From the sequence record LC819008.1: 64,000 nt of DNA; one strand, given 5' to 3'. A model generated the notes under the pieces. It made no database searches. It was not told the DNA's origin and saw nothing but the letters and a program-made list of their open reading frames with translations. Of the stretch, positions 18,558 to 29,311 are shown piece by piece (within the stretch, counting starts at the first letter, position 1; each line of letters opens with the position of its first letter). Both the position numbers and the translations under genes were made by a program.

Positions 18558-20276
18558 TTACCAGGTAGAGACCTGTTGAATCGGCACGCCGGCCTGGCCG
18601 AGGATGATGTCATCCGTCGGACCTTGCTTGACGAACGTGAGGAACCACGTCTGGTCTTGCAGCACCGGGAAGTTGACCGTGAACTTCGCATTCCAGTAAT
18701 CCGCGATCGCCAGACGAATCGAATTCGTCGTGCCACCATCACTGAAGATGACGTGATCGGGTACCGGTGCATCTTCTTCCAATTGCGGGTTGGTCAGAGG
18801 ACGCGTGTTGGTGTAGAACGCAGTGAGCCAGTTCTCCAGCGAGCCGTAGCCCGACTGCATGTTGACTTCGCACAGGTTCTGGTTGATGAACTTGGACTTG
18901 ACCACGTTCAAATCTCCGTATTCCGGGGTTTGGTTCGGATCGAAGGCGATCTTCCACAGAGTGCTCGCACCATCGAAGTTTGCACCGCCCTTGAGCAGCG
19001 TAATTCCGACAGTTTGCACGAAGCGGTAAGCGCGCCAGCTGCCATTGACCTTCGAGAGGTCGATAGCCATCGTGAGCTGTTGCTTGACGCCGTAGAGTGT
19101 CGGCGAGAATGCGGGGCTATTCGCACCCAACTCGACGATACCCGTGACGTCGTAGCAGATATTCCGATCGAGGTTGAGCATGAACCAACGCAGGCGGTAG
19201 CCATTGATCGGATCTTGCCAGACCGGGAACGGATAGAGCTTGACGGTGAGTTGGTTCTCGACGTCCACGACCACCACATCCACATCTTGCATGATGAAGC
19301 GGTTCGTGCCCACAGCACCGCCGACGTAGCTGACTTCGCCACCGAGCAGGTTGTACTTGAGCTTGAACGTTGCGTGCTCGCCTGCCTGAGTCGGCGCGAA
19401 CTCGCGCATGCCCAGCAGTTCGAAACGCGTACCGTCGACGTTGTACTGCTTGGATGCGCCACTGTTGTAGTTGACGAGACCCAGCAGGTTCATCGAGTTC
19501 AGCGTCAGGTTCAGCGGTACTTCCAGGCGGTTCGGAACCAGCTTGGAAACCAGCGGACCTTGCAAAGCGATGCCCGTCACAGCAGCAATCGACTGATCTG
19601 TCGAAGCCGTGAATGACGTCACCGTTGCACGCAGTTCCTTGGACGAGAGCACAGCACCCGTATCGTCGAAGAGCACCACGTACAGGAATTCGCCGTTAGC
19701 GACGTCCGTGTTCGTGTATGCGGTCGGGATGTAGTACTGAGCCTTGTTGATGCCGTTGGGCATGACGCCCAGTTGCAGAGGAATCTGCGTGCCGATCGGT
19801 TGACCCGATTGGTCCAGCACCAGGCTGACGATTTCTTCGACGCCGTTGATGGGGTTGCCACGATACACGCGAGCCGTGGAGGCATTGCGAGCATTCACGT
19901 AACAACGCGCATCGACTTGCAAGCGGAAAGGCTTGGTCGTCTTGTCGATGAAGCAGCGGAACGCGTCCTTGGTTTGACCCAGGAGCACGTCTTCCGAGTC
20001 CATGTCGGCAATCGGCTTCGGTGTGACACGCGTGAGAGTAGGTACCCACAGATCCGACAGGGCTGTCACTTTGTAAGTGATGCCATAGTCGTAATCTTCC
20101 ACGTAGTCATTGATTTTCGGGATGTAGCGACCGGCTGCGTCACCACCGAGGAAAACTTCGGCTTTCGCCCAGGTCTTCCAAAGCGGAGCAACGTCCCAGT
20201 TCTTGATCGGCAGCTGACCGTCAGTCCCCCAGGGAATGGGGGTCTGCGGGACCGCGACCGTTGTCGTATCGGCCAT
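18558..20276 (-). CDS. Virion structural protein (phiKZ gp026-like, probably baseplate)
   Basis: 572 aa, beta-rich; position between terminase and sheath matches phiKZ-like synteny. Confidence 0.7.
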   Translation of the reverse strand: MADTTTVAVPQTPIPWGTDGQLPIKNWDVAPLWKTWAKAEVFLGGDAAGRYIPKINDYVEDYDYGITYKVTALSDLWVPTLTRVTPKPIADMDSEDVLLGQTKDAFRCFIDKTTKPFRLQVDARCYVNARNASTARVYRGNPINGVEEIVSLVLDQSGQPIGTQIPLQLGVMPNGINKAQYYIPTAYTNTDVANGEFLYVVLFDDTGAVLSSKELRATVTSFTASTDQSIAAVTGIALQGPLVSKLVPNRLEVPLNLTLNSMNLLGLVNYNSGASKQYNVDGTRFELLGMREFAPTQAGEHATFKLKYNLLGGEVSYVGGAVGTNRFIMQDVDVVVVDVENQLTVKLYPFPVWQDPINGYRLRWFMLNLDRNICYDVTGIVELGANSPAFSPTLYGVKQQLTMAIDLSKVNGSWRAYRFVQTVGITLLKGGANFDGASTLWKIAFDPNQTPEYGDLNVVKSKFINQNLCEVNMQSGYGSLENWLTAFYTNTRPLTNPQLEEDAPVPDHVIFSDGGTTNSIRLAIADYWNAKFTVNFPVLQDQTWFLTFVKQGPTDDIILGQAGVPIQQVSTW

Positions 20277-20288
20277 GGAACTTTACCT

Positions 20289-22889
20289 TTAGGTGATAGC
20301 TTTCAAACGGAGGAAGTGGTTGAGCACAACCTTGCCCTTCATGTAAACCTGAATCACGTAGGACAGGAAGTTGTAGTAGTAGATGTCGATGTCGATCACG
20401 TTCTCCAGGAAATGCGGAGTGATGAGAACGTAATTCGGATCAACAGCCGTTGCAGTCTGTGTCGGGTCAAATGCCAACAGCCATTCGTAAGGCGCGCAGA
20501 GCTGCTTCACGAAGTCCATGTTGTATTGAACCTTCAACTGATTGATGTCAATCGTCCCCGCCAGGCAGTCATACATGATTTTGCACAGGAACGGAGAGAA
20601 GACCGGATACAGATCCGGAATGACATCGGGACCACTCGGAGTCGGCTCCGGCAGTTTTGCAGAGAGGTAATCGCTTACCGCTTTGTCGATTACACGCGCA
20701 TCATCACGCCAGCTGTACGTGTCGCCATTCGTGAGAGAGCGCATCGGAACGATCATGTCACGAACCGAATACGGTTCACCGTTGTTGCCATCGGGAACAG
20801 CCACGAGCGCATCGTTTTCCGAGAAGAGCAGATCATCGCGATGACGCAGTCGACCATCCACGAGAATACGCATGACGCGGTCGTCTCGCAGATTGAAGAT
20901 TGAGTTGCGCGACAGCAGGTCATACTTCAGGAAGCCATTGTCTTCAGGAAGCTGACGTGTCAGATCGCTCTTGCAGAAGCCCGAGAAGCGAATAGCGATT
21001 TGCTGAGGCTGGTTAGCCGGATCCACGAGATACTTCTTGTTGCAGATCACAACCTTCGGCCATTGAACGAAGTAGTCCAGCTTTTCAGTCAGACCACGAG
21101 CATTCAGCATGATGTCCAGTTCGCCCATCGGCACATCCATTGCCTGGCTGCCGCTTACGCCGTTCTTCGTCACGATCTTGATCAGATCGAATTCGATAAC
21201 GCCATCGGGGAACATCTGGGTGATCATGTACCCGAGCGAGTTCTTATCCGAACGAACCAGTGTCGAGTAGTTATTCATGTTGATGAGCCAGGTCAGCTGG
21301 TTGTTGATAACCGAGTACTGGCCGGATCCAGTTACGTCCTTCCAGTTGTTCTGGAGAACACCGCCGATCTTGTCGCAGACGTACATGCGATAGTTCAGCG
21401 TCGGATCCAACGTTTGATTCTTGGTGTCGTAGACTTCGTCGATCGACTGAGCCGTATGACCGTAGATGGCTTCCACGAGCGCGCAGGACTGGTTCTGTAC
21501 CACGTATTGGTCGCCCACGTCATGCAGGTACCAACCGAGCAACAGACCGTCGCTATCGTACTCATAGCACGTTGCGTTCTCGTACATGCCTTGTGGCAGA
21601 TTCACCATCTTCACGCCGTTAACCGTCACGACCTTCAGAGGCGTATCGCCCAGAACCTTCGACACAGCGTTGTAGCCCAGTGCCGACTGAACCATGTCAC
21701 GTGTGATCAGCTGATCGTTCGGTTGACCATTTTGCGTACTGTTGGTCAGACGCATGATCTTCGTGTAGTCGGAAGCTTCGAGAACAGCTGCTTGCCAGTT
21801 CGACACAGTGGCGTTATCGCCAATCATTGCAGGCAGGAAGTCGCTCTCGTGCAACTTGTACAGTTCGTGGATTCGGTTCTTCTCGTAAACGAGAGGGCGG
21901 TTATAACCACTCTCACGAATCAGAGCAAGAACACGGCATTGCTGGGGGTCGGTCCAACCCGGCTTCCCATCCACGAATGCATTGATGAGCTGAACGCTCA
22001 TCGAGTAGTCTTTGTGCGTCACCATTCGCATGGCTGCCGCGGTGTTTTTGTGGTGGTACACGCCGTTCGGTTTGGCAGGAGCTGCCGGCCGCTGGATCAG
22101 GAAGAGATCCACGTCATCCTGATATTCGATCCTGGTCATCGCATCGGAATAGTGGAGCAGATACTTACGCTCGCTATCCAGAGTGGAATCGAATGTAGGC
22201 AGGCTCGATACGGGATACTCGACGACCTTGGTCACCGATGCATCGTAGAACCATTCCACCAGGTCACCTACTTTGCAGGTAATCGGGCTGATTTCTTCTG
22301 CCCAGTAGCCGTTGATGATTGCGTAAGCGTAACCAGCTTTCGCACGGTACTGATTGAACCTCGTCTGCATGGCCAGGATGTCAGTCATCATCAAAGGCGA
22401 CTTGCCATCTGCCACAATCGATTCGGTATAGCCTTGACTACGAGCTGATTGCCAGAACGCATTCGTGTAAACGCGGAAAAAAATATCTTCCGTGTTGTAG
22501 TCCACGTTCAACAGCTTGTCTTCTTTCTTGGTTGCGATGATGAGGTTCTTCGATTTCGTCACCATGTAGTAGGTTTCGAACTTCGGAAGCAGCACACCCT
22601 TTTCGGTGTAAGCCTCAGCAACCATCCCCATCTTGTTGCACACGTCCAGGAAGCTGACCCACTGGTTCTGCACCGGGAACAACCCGAAGTAGTCCGGATG
22701 AATCTGCCCAACCTGATAGACGTGGTAGTAATGCGTGTTGTCGGGAAGGTAGATCTGGAGCCAGTCCAGTTCCAGCTTCACGTACTCACCGCCAAATTGG
22801 CTGATCCGCTTGGGACGGGCACGGAACTGCTTGTCCTGCCTCGGTGAGCACCAAAAATTCTTCAGTGCATAATCGACAAGGTAATCCAT
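20289..22889 (-). CDS. Virion structural protein (phiKZ gp027-like, probably baseplate)
   Basis: 866 aa; N-terminus 'YLVDYALKNFWCSPRQDKQ' is typical of this family; synteny agrees. Confidence 0.72.
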   Translation of the reverse strand: MDYLVDYALKNFWCSPRQDKQFRARPKRISQFGGEYVKLELDWLQIYLPDNTHYYHVYQVGQIHPDYFGLFPVQNQWVSFLDVCNKMGMVAEAYTEKGVLLPKFETYYMVTKSKNLIIATKKEDKLLNVDYNTEDIFFRVYTNAFWQSARSQGYTESIVADGKSPLMMTDILAMQTRFNQYRAKAGYAYAIINGYWAEEISPITCKVGDLVEWFYDASVTKVVEYPVSSLPTFDSTLDSERKYLLHYSDAMTRIEYQDDVDLFLIQRPAAPAKPNGVYHHKNTAAAMRMVTHKDYSMSVQLINAFVDGKPGWTDPQQCRVLALIRESGYNRPLVYEKNRIHELYKLHESDFLPAMIGDNATVSNWQAAVLEASDYTKIMRLTNSTQNGQPNDQLITRDMVQSALGYNAVSKVLGDTPLKVVTVNGVKMVNLPQGMYENATCYEYDSDGLLLGWYLHDVGDQYVVQNQSCALVEAIYGHTAQSIDEVYDTKNQTLDPTLNYRMYVCDKIGGVLQNNWKDVTGSGQYSVINNQLTWLINMNNYSTLVRSDKNSLGYMITQMFPDGVIEFDLIKIVTKNGVSGSQAMDVPMGELDIMLNARGLTEKLDYFVQWPKVVICNKKYLVDPANQPQQIAIRFSGFCKSDLTRQLPEDNGFLKYDLLSRNSIFNLRDDRVMRILVDGRLRHRDDLLFSENDALVAVPDGNNGEPYSVRDMIVPMRSLTNGDTYSWRDDARVIDKAVSDYLSAKLPEPTPSGPDVIPDLYPVFSPFLCKIMYDCLAGTIDINQLKVQYNMDFVKQLCAPYEWLLAFDPTQTATAVDPNYVLITPHFLENVIDIDIYYYNFLSYVIQVYMKGKVVLNHFLRLKAIT

Positions 22890-22958
22890 TTTTCGACGCC
22901 ATAAAAAGAGGTTTCCCTACCCACCGGGATTGCCGGCAGGTAGGGTATCGAGCTTGTC

Positions 22959-23858
22959 TTACGACTTCAGCGTTGCGGTGATTTGCAGCAGGAAGTCGTC
23001 AGCCGAGTTCTTCGCCGGTACCCGTTCGATCATCCTGGAAAGCTGCGAACGGTGATACGCACGCTCCGACATCGCAGCCGTGATCATGGCCAGGAAAGTC
23101 GGGACGTGTTCGACGGAACACGCTACGATCTCGTGTCCATTGGCGCTGAACCAAGTCGAGTTGAGAATCGGATACAACACGATGGAGCTGAAGTTCTTCA
23201 GACGGATGTTGCCAACCACGTCTTCAGCACGGGCACAGAAGTCCGTGATGTCCTTCACGTAGTCCTGACCATCCAGGACCTGCATGATCGCATCAGCGCC
23301 GATTCGCGTCGCTTTTGCAATACCCTGACAGATCTTAAGATAGTCACGTTCGTCCGGCTTTTCGCTGTTATCGAACAGCGAATAGTAGAACCACGCCGAG
23401 AAGATCGTCAGCTTGTACTGATCCTCTGGCTCCAGGCCGAAACGTCGACTGATGTTTTCGCTCAGCCAGGAGGAATAAACACTTGCCGGAAGAGGGCTCA
23501 TCGCGCGGAAAAGCGTCGGGGGTTCCGAGCGCCACACCGCTTCCAGACCGGCGCGCGCCAAAAGCAGATTGTAGTCCGCCTGCGAATTGATCTTCAATTC
23601 ACCGCTCTGACGGTTCTTCGTAACGAAGTGCCGAGCGTCGACATACAGACCATCGTATGGATGCTTTTCGACGTACAGAGGGTGTGAAAATGCAGGGATG
23701 TCGACCGGCCATTCCGAACTGTCTTCGATGACAGTATAGCCAGCGTCATTTTTTGCAAGATAATTTGATACCGTTGCTTTTACGAGTGCCGCTTGAGTCG
23801 GCTCGGTGTGGTATCGGCGGCCGAAAGTGGTGTCGTACGCTGAAAGAAAAACAGGCAT
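22959..23858 (-). CDS. Conserved phiKZ-like protein (gp028-like, probably virion)
   Basis: 299 aa, divergent from the tail sheath gene; synteny agrees. Confidence 0.65.
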   Translation of the reverse strand: MPVFLSAYDTTFGRRYHTEPTQAALVKATVSNYLAKNDAGYTVIEDSSEWPVDIPAFSHPLYVEKHPYDGLYVDARHFVTKNRQSGELKINSQADYNLLLARAGLEAVWRSEPPTLFRAMSPLPASVYSSWLSENISRRFGLEPEDQYKLTIFSAWFYYSLFDNSEKPDERDYLKICQGIAKATRIGADAIMQVLDGQDYVKDITDFCARAEDVVGNIRLKNFSSIVLYPILNSTWFSANGHEIVACSVEHVPTFLAMITAAMSERAYHRSQLSRMIERVPAKNSADDFLLQITATLKS

Positions 23859-23968
23859 TTTTTGCCACCTCTAAACATGTATTTTTTTATTGCCGTAGCC
23901 CGACAATAAAGGAATTGGTTTCGAAATAAACGTCATATCATGAACTCATTTTCTAAGGAAGGCTGACG

Positions 23969-26080
23969 ATGGCAACTGCCAACTTCAACTCGATGCCTCA
24001 GAACGTTACTTACGGGGCACGAGACAAATCCGTTCCGGATCCGATCCTGACCGCGAAGCAGTATGCCACGCATCTGCCGTTGTGGTTCATCTTCGCCCAA
24101 AAGGGTCCGCTGACGCGAGTCGTTGCGGATGGTCCGACCCGTGAACAACTGTTCGGAGCTTCTTCGTTCGATCCGAGCTCGCCGTACTTCACCCACGCTA
24201 CTCAATTCGCGAACCAGGCGAACAGCAAGGGCAACCAGAGCATTTATCAGCGTGTCGTCCCGGCAGATGCCAAGACGGCGATGATGCGTCTCTGGCTGGA
24301 CCTCTTGCCGATGCAGGTTCCCGAATACAAGCGTGGTACGGACGGCAAGTACCTGCTCGACCAATCGGGCAACCCGCAAACGACGGGCACGAAAGTCGCT
24401 GGTTACCAGCTGAAGATCGTGAAGACGCCTATCGACGGCACGCTGCCCAATGGCGGTGCATTCGGTCAAGCGTCGCAAATGGTCGGCGACCAGGTCGACG
24501 CTACGAGCAACACTCAGTCGCAGCGTTATCCGTTCATGGACATTCCGGTTTCGTTCGCCGGCCTGTACGGCGACGACCTGGGCTTCCGTGCATGGGCGCC
24601 TGTTGCTGGTTCGCGCGTCACTCCCGACGCAGAACTGCTCGAAACGAACAAGTGCTATCCGTACGTGTTCGCCTGCCTGGATCGTTCGACGGATTCCATC
24701 CAGAACGTCCAGACGACTGCTGGCACGCAAGAAGTCACCTGCGTGTTCCGCCGTGGTCAGGTGAAGGCTTCGGTTGGCAACCAGGACGTCTCGTTCGAAA
24801 CGCGTTTCTACGACGCGTACAACGATCGCGAACGTACCGGTCTCGCACCGCTGTATGGTCCGTTCGACAACGTGCATCTGTACTACGACAACCTCGTCAC
24901 GGTACTCAAGCTGCTTTACACCGCAGAACAGCCGTTCATCGACTCGTTCAGCGACTTCGATGGCTCGGGCTTCACGGCTACCGATGAAGGCGAAATCTTC
25001 CGTTTCAACTTCCTCGGCGGCAAGACCTCGGGCGGCGTGCCGTACCATTCGTTCATCATCAACCGCAACGACGCGAACGCTGAAGCAATGAGCGACATCT
25101 CGACGGTGTGGGCTGAAGGTGGCGCGGACGGCGACATCTCGCTGGACAACTTCAACCGTCTGGTTCAGACGGAAATGGAGAAGTACGGCGACATCAACCA
25201 GGAAGTCACGGACGACCGTCTGGGCAACCCGCAAAGCATTTTCTGGGATTCGGGCTTCGACTCCGATTGCAAGATGGCCATGGCCAACTTCATCGGCGTT
25301 CGCAAGGACACCCAGCTCGTCTGGTGCTTGCAGGACGCTCAAGCAGCACAGCCGCTGACCGCCGACGAAGAATCGTCGATGGCAATTGCGCTCTTCACAC
25401 GCGCTCAGCAGATGCCGGAATCTTCGGAATACGGTACGTCTGCAATCCGTGCGATGATCGTCGCTTCGGACGGCATCCTGATCGGTTCCACGAACCGCAA
25501 GCGTCTGCCGCTGTCGCTGGAACTGCTGTCGAAGTCCGCTGAATACATGGGTGCTGGTAACGGCCTGTGGAAGTCGGCGTTCAGCTTCTCGCACGGTGCT
25601 CGTGCAGAAGTGACGTTGTTCCGCGATGTCAACGTCGTGTGGCGTCCGATCGCTGCTCGTCAGCGTGACTGGGCAAACGGCATGGTCTACGTCCAGAAGA
25701 AGGACATGGATACGCTGTTCTTCCCGGGCCTGCGCACGGTGTACGCTGTGGATCAATCGATCTTCACGTCGTTCATCACCTCCTGCGTTCTCGTCGACTT
25801 GCAAAAGACGGCAGATCGCGTGTGGGCGAACTTCTCGGGTGCGGACGAGTACACGAACGAGCAGTTCAAGAAGTACGTGGAGCAGGAATTCTCCAAGGCG
25901 ATCGAAGGCAAGTACGACAACCGCGTCACCGTGGTTCCGACTGTCTCGTTCACCGCCGTGGACGAATACAACGGCTTCTCGTGGACTCTCAACGTCGACA
26001 TGGGTGCCGACAACATGAAGACCGTCCAGTACACTGTGCTGACGGGCTACCGTAAAGAATCGATGCCCAGCGCCAACTAA
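23969..26080 (+). CDS. Contractile tail sheath protein (phiKZ gp029-like)
   Basis: 703 aa with very strong codon bias and 'IFWDSGF' in the C-terminal sheath domain; directly upstream of a tube-sized gene. Confidence 0.88.
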   Translation: MATANFNSMPQNVTYGARDKSVPDPILTAKQYATHLPLWFIFAQKGPLTRVVADGPTREQLFGASSFDPSSPYFTHATQFANQANSKGNQSIYQRVVPADAKTAMMRLWLDLLPMQVPEYKRGTDGKYLLDQSGNPQTTGTKVAGYQLKIVKTPIDGTLPNGGAFGQASQMVGDQVDATSNTQSQRYPFMDIPVSFAGLYGDDLGFRAWAPVAGSRVTPDAELLETNKCYPYVFACLDRSTDSIQNVQTTAGTQEVTCVFRRGQVKASVGNQDVSFETRFYDAYNDRERTGLAPLYGPFDNVHLYYDNLVTVLKLLYTAEQPFIDSFSDFDGSGFTATDEGEIFRFNFLGGKTSGGVPYHSFIINRNDANAEAMSDISTVWAEGGADGDISLDNFNRLVQTEMEKYGDINQEVTDDRLGNPQSIFWDSGFDSDCKMAMANFIGVRKDTQLVWCLQDAQAAQPLTADEESSMAIALFTRAQQMPESSEYGTSAIRAMIVASDGILIGSTNRKRLPLSLELLSKSAEYMGAGNGLWKSAFSFSHGARAEVTLFRDVNVVWRPIAARQRDWANGMVYVQKKDMDTLFFPGLRTVYAVDQSIFTSFITSCVLVDLQKTADRVWANFSGADEYTNEQFKKYVEQEFSKAIEGKYDNRVTVVPTVSFTAVDEYNGFSWTLNVDMGADNMKTVQYTVLTGYRKESMPSAN

Positions 26081-26096
26081 AGCGAGGAACTAAAAC

Positions 26097-26963
26097 ATGA
26101 GCCGCATGTCCGATTCGATGGTCCTGCCGGGGGTAGGTATCTCCAGCAACGTGGGCCGTCGCATGAGCAACCCGAACTACGGTGGCGTGATGGGCTGGTC
26201 GCCCAATCCGACACAGTGGGTCAACAAAACCGGTTACGTTCGTCGTAACCTCATCCCGATCGTCCTGCGTGCGCCGGCTGGCTTTGCCTACCTGCCCAAT
26301 CCGGACGACTGGTACGCAGCCACGCGTTCGATCTTCGAAACGCATCCGATCAGCATCGAAGGTCTGAACTCGACGCTGACGGTGGCTGCATCCGACACCC
26401 CGTACGGTGGTGCTGGTGAACAGTTCCAGGATCCGACCAACGTGACTCGCGAGCGTACTTCGCCCTCGTTCACGCTGCCGGATCTCTACGGTGCGCCGAT
26501 CAACGCGTACCTGGAATCGTGGATCCAGTACCTCATCATGGATCCGGAAACGAAGACGGCCCTCGTGAATACGCTGGGTGGTCAAGTTCCTCCGGACATG
26601 ATGGCGGACATTTACACGATGGACATGCTCTTCATCGAGCCGGATCCGCAACAGTCCACGGTTATCCGTGCCTGGATCGTGTACAACATGTTCCCGCTCT
26701 CGGGTGGCGAAACCACTGGCCGTCGTGACATCACGACCGACATGGAACAGATCCGCTACACCATCCAGATGGCCGGCTTCGCGCAGGTCGGTACGGGTGT
26801 GAAGGCGTTCGCGCAATCCGTCCTCGACGGTATGCGTATCGCTGGTGCGAATCCGTTCCACCGTCGTACGTACCTGGAAGGTATCGATGCGGACATCCTC
26901 CGTGCTCGTACCGGCTTCGGCAACCAGATCCAGGAACTGTCCGACAACCAAGTCGTGGTCTAA
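26097..26963 (+). CDS. Tail tube protein (phiKZ gp030-like)
   Basis: 288 aa following the sheath; 'YVRRNLIPIVLRAPAGF' and 'NMFP..GGETTGRRD'; GAGGA RBS. Confidence 0.82.
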   Translation: MSRMSDSMVLPGVGISSNVGRRMSNPNYGGVMGWSPNPTQWVNKTGYVRRNLIPIVLRAPAGFAYLPNPDDWYAATRSIFETHPISIEGLNSTLTVAASDTPYGGAGEQFQDPTNVTRERTSPSFTLPDLYGAPINAYLESWIQYLIMDPETKTALVNTLGGQVPPDMMADIYTMDMLFIEPDPQQSTVIRAWIVYNMFPLSGGETTGRRDITTDMEQIRYTIQMAGFAQVGTGVKAFAQSVLDGMRIAGANPFHRRTYLEGIDADILRARTGFGNQIQELSDNQVVV

Positions 26964-27035
26964 ACGACATCCAGAAGCAAAAAAAAAATACCACCGGTCC
27001 CTTGCGGGGCTGGTGGTATTTTTGCCGTCAACTAC

Positions 27036-28325
27036 TTACGAAGGCTGGCGCATCACGCCGACCATCACGTAGTTGTTGTTGCCATCGATGATGGCTTGGT
27101 TCGTACCGAGCTGGTTGGACACGAGGACATAGGCGTAGACCAGTTGGCCATTGACCGTACCCTTGTAAGCCTTGTAGTGAACCACACCACCGTCAACCGG
27201 CTTGCCTGCCGAGGTGAATGCCGGGAACAGAGCCGTATCGCTTTCGCCGTTCGAATACTGGACATTGCCCGAAGCGTCCCAGGTAGCGACGTCCTTCGTT
27301 GCGCAGTCTTGATACTCGTCGAATTGCTTGCCAGCGAGTTCCGTCGGGTCGGTGACTTCCGTCAGGTCGCTGGATGCGAACACGTATTGGCCCATCGACT
27401 TACCAGCGTTCGAAGCACACAGCATGCCCACACGGTTGCCCAGAGTGGAGATGACGCCCGTGAACGAACCCGCATCGGTGAACGACGTCACGTTGCCGTT
27501 TGCGTCGATGCTGGCCTTGGCCGACAGCGAACCGCGATTCGGGTCAGTGATAGCGATGCCGAACGTGTTGTCCAGGTTGATTGCCGAACCGATGGAGAAC
27601 GAGGTCATGCTCGGAGTGGTGAATGCCGTAGCCGTGAACGCTTGCTTGGTGAGAGCCGTGTCCGTGGATGCGACCTTCGCCGACACATCAGCCTGAGTCA
27701 GACCGGCGGCCTTCAGAGCCGTCGCGTACTGGTCGAGCAGCGCGTCGTTTGCATCACCCTTCACAGCACCGAAGGTGGAGTTGATGGGGTTGAAGTCCGA
27801 AGCCAGTTGCAGCTGGCCCGGCAGCGTAGCGATTGCAGCCTTGACCTTCGTGAGCGAAGTAGCGAGCTTGTCCGCGGTGATGTTACCCGAGAGCGAGCCT
27901 GCCGTTGCGCTGTTGAAGAAGGTTGCCGGGTCCTGACCTGCCATCGCGCCGACCATCGCATCCGTCAGCGGAGTGATGTTCGAAGTACCCGGAGCCGGAG
28001 CTACCGAATACAATGCGTTTTGAAGGGCCTGGCCGTTCGCCTGACCGCCTGCGACCTGCAAGGCACACGGATAGTCGTCCGCGCTTGCCGTGACCGTGTA
28101 GAGGCCGTTTGCGTCGGTCGTAGCGGTATGCGTATCGCCCGTCACACACTTGAACGTGACGGTGCCGCCCACGATGGGCGCGCCGATTGCAGCCGTACCA
28201 CGAGTGACGACTTGAGGTTGTTGATTAGCAGTGCTCGAAGGGCTGTTCGAACCACCACCACCGCCGCCACAGGCGGACAGAACGAGTGCCGATGCGATGA
28301 TAGCGGCGATTTGAATCTTTTTCAT
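27036..28325 (-). CDS. Host-like lipoprotein with Ig/carboxypeptidase-regulatory-like N-terminal domain
   Basis: Type II signal peptide with lipobox 'LSAC', a Gly/Ser linker 'CGGGGGGSNSPSS', and 'GTAAIGAPIVGGTVTFKC...ATTDANGLYTV...NITPLTDAMV'. Confidence 0.8.
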   Translation of the reverse strand: MKKIQIAAIIASALVLSACGGGGGGSNSPSSTANQQPQVVTRGTAAIGAPIVGGTVTFKCVTGDTHTATTDANGLYTVTASADDYPCALQVAGGQANGQALQNALYSVAPAPGTSNITPLTDAMVGAMAGQDPATFFNSATAGSLSGNITADKLATSLTKVKAAIATLPGQLQLASDFNPINSTFGAVKGDANDALLDQYATALKAAGLTQADVSAKVASTDTALTKQAFTATAFTTPSMTSFSIGSAINLDNTFGIAITDPNRGSLSAKASIDANGNVTSFTDAGSFTGVISTLGNRVGMLCASNAGKSMGQYVFASSDLTEVTDPTELAGKQFDEYQDCATKDVATWDASGNVQYSNGESDTALFPAFTSAGKPVDGGVVHYKAYKGTVNGQLVYAYVLVSNQLGTNQAIIDGNNNYVMVGVMRQPS

Positions 28326-28410
28326 TTTCTACGGTCCTTTTCTTATTACGAAAAAAAGCGGGCCTACCCTCGCAGGCCCTGTTGTCAAAAAGTTTTACTG
28401 CTACTGCTGG

Positions 28411-29178
28411 TTACGACGACTTCTTGTCATCGGGCTGATTCAGTTCATGAGCCCGACGTTCTGCATGGCGACGTTCCTGACGACGGCTTTGATGGCCGGT
28501 AACACCTGCCGTTTGAAACGCCTTCTGCATCTGGTTGCTGCCCATCTCGACTTCGCGACCCGGTTCACCAACAGAACCAGCCGCTTCGACGATATGGCTC
28601 GGCGCCAGTACTTCAGCCGTCGGCGATTCGACTTCGCGGTCTTGCTGCTTGCGCTCTGCCGCACGAGTACCCGAATGCCACATCCAGTGCATCTGGTTAT
28701 CGCTCTTGTTGACCACAGCCGTTGCCGGGGTGTGATCGTCTTCCTTCGGGTCGATCGGGCGGAAGCCGAAGATACGATCGATGACCTTCAGGTCGGTCGT
28801 CGTAGGCGTGAGGATGTTCAGTTCACGCAGGATGTCTTCGCTGGTGGCCTTGACGCCATGAACATTGAGCCATGGGCCGATCGAGTAGTACACTGCGATC
28901 AGATCCTGACCGAACGCCTTGACCCAGTACCACTTGTTGAAGTCCGGATCGTTGATGATCACGAACTTGTCCTGCATAAGCTTCTCGGCGAGATGCGTGG
29001 CCAGAGCCGGCACCTTCATCGAGATGCGTTTGTCGTTGCCTGCTGCGCCGTCGAGATACAGACTCGCATAGGCGGTCATCAGCATGTCGAGGCTGAGGTC
29101 TTTCGGTTCCAGCTGCGTGACACGCATGACTTGTTTCGTGCGGTTGATCAGGTAGCCGGATTTGTTTGCGCTTTGCAT
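28411..29178 (-). CDS. Hypothetical protein with a disordered charged C-terminus
   Basis: ATG 29178 with an AAGGAG RBS. Confidence 0.6.
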   Translation of the reverse strand: MQSANKSGYLINRTKQVMRVTQLEPKDLSLDMLMTAYASLYLDGAAGNDKRISMKVPALATHLAEKLMQDKFVIINDPDFNKWYWVKAFGQDLIAVYYSIGPWLNVHGVKATSEDILRELNILTPTTTDLKVIDRIFGFRPIDPKEDDHTPATAVVNKSDNQMHWMWHSGTRAAERKQQDREVESPTAEVLAPSHIVEAAGSVGEPGREVEMGSNQMQKAFQTAGVTGHQSRRQERRHAERRAHELNQPDDKKSS

Positions 29179-29252
29179 GTTGTTCTCCTTGAACAATTTT
29201 TGCCAAAAAAGATTTGATTGTAGAGCCGAGGCCGGTAAAACAGAAACCCATA

Positions 29253-29286
29253 CATAGCTCCTGAGCCCGAAGGCTCAGGAGCTATG
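29253..29286 (-). terminator. Hairpin
   Basis: 15-bp perfect stem catagctcctgagcc/ggctcaggagctatg, with a UUCG loop on the minus strand. Confidence 0.65.
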
Positions 29287-29311
29287 CTGGGGATGCTTCT
29301 AACGGACCGAA

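Noticed and set aside
23933-25804. 623-aa antisense ORF opposite the tail sheath; similar ones at 21000-22448, 27096-28502, 32193-33497, 54246-55622 and 7114-8052
   Set aside because: All mirror highly biased genes codon for codon and give Arg/Val/His-rich sequences with no domains.
28245-28270. Poly-Gly codon run in the lipoprotein as a phase-variable repeat
   Set aside because: The codons are mixed (GGC/GGT) and in-frame. This is a normal lipoprotein linker, not a slippage tract.
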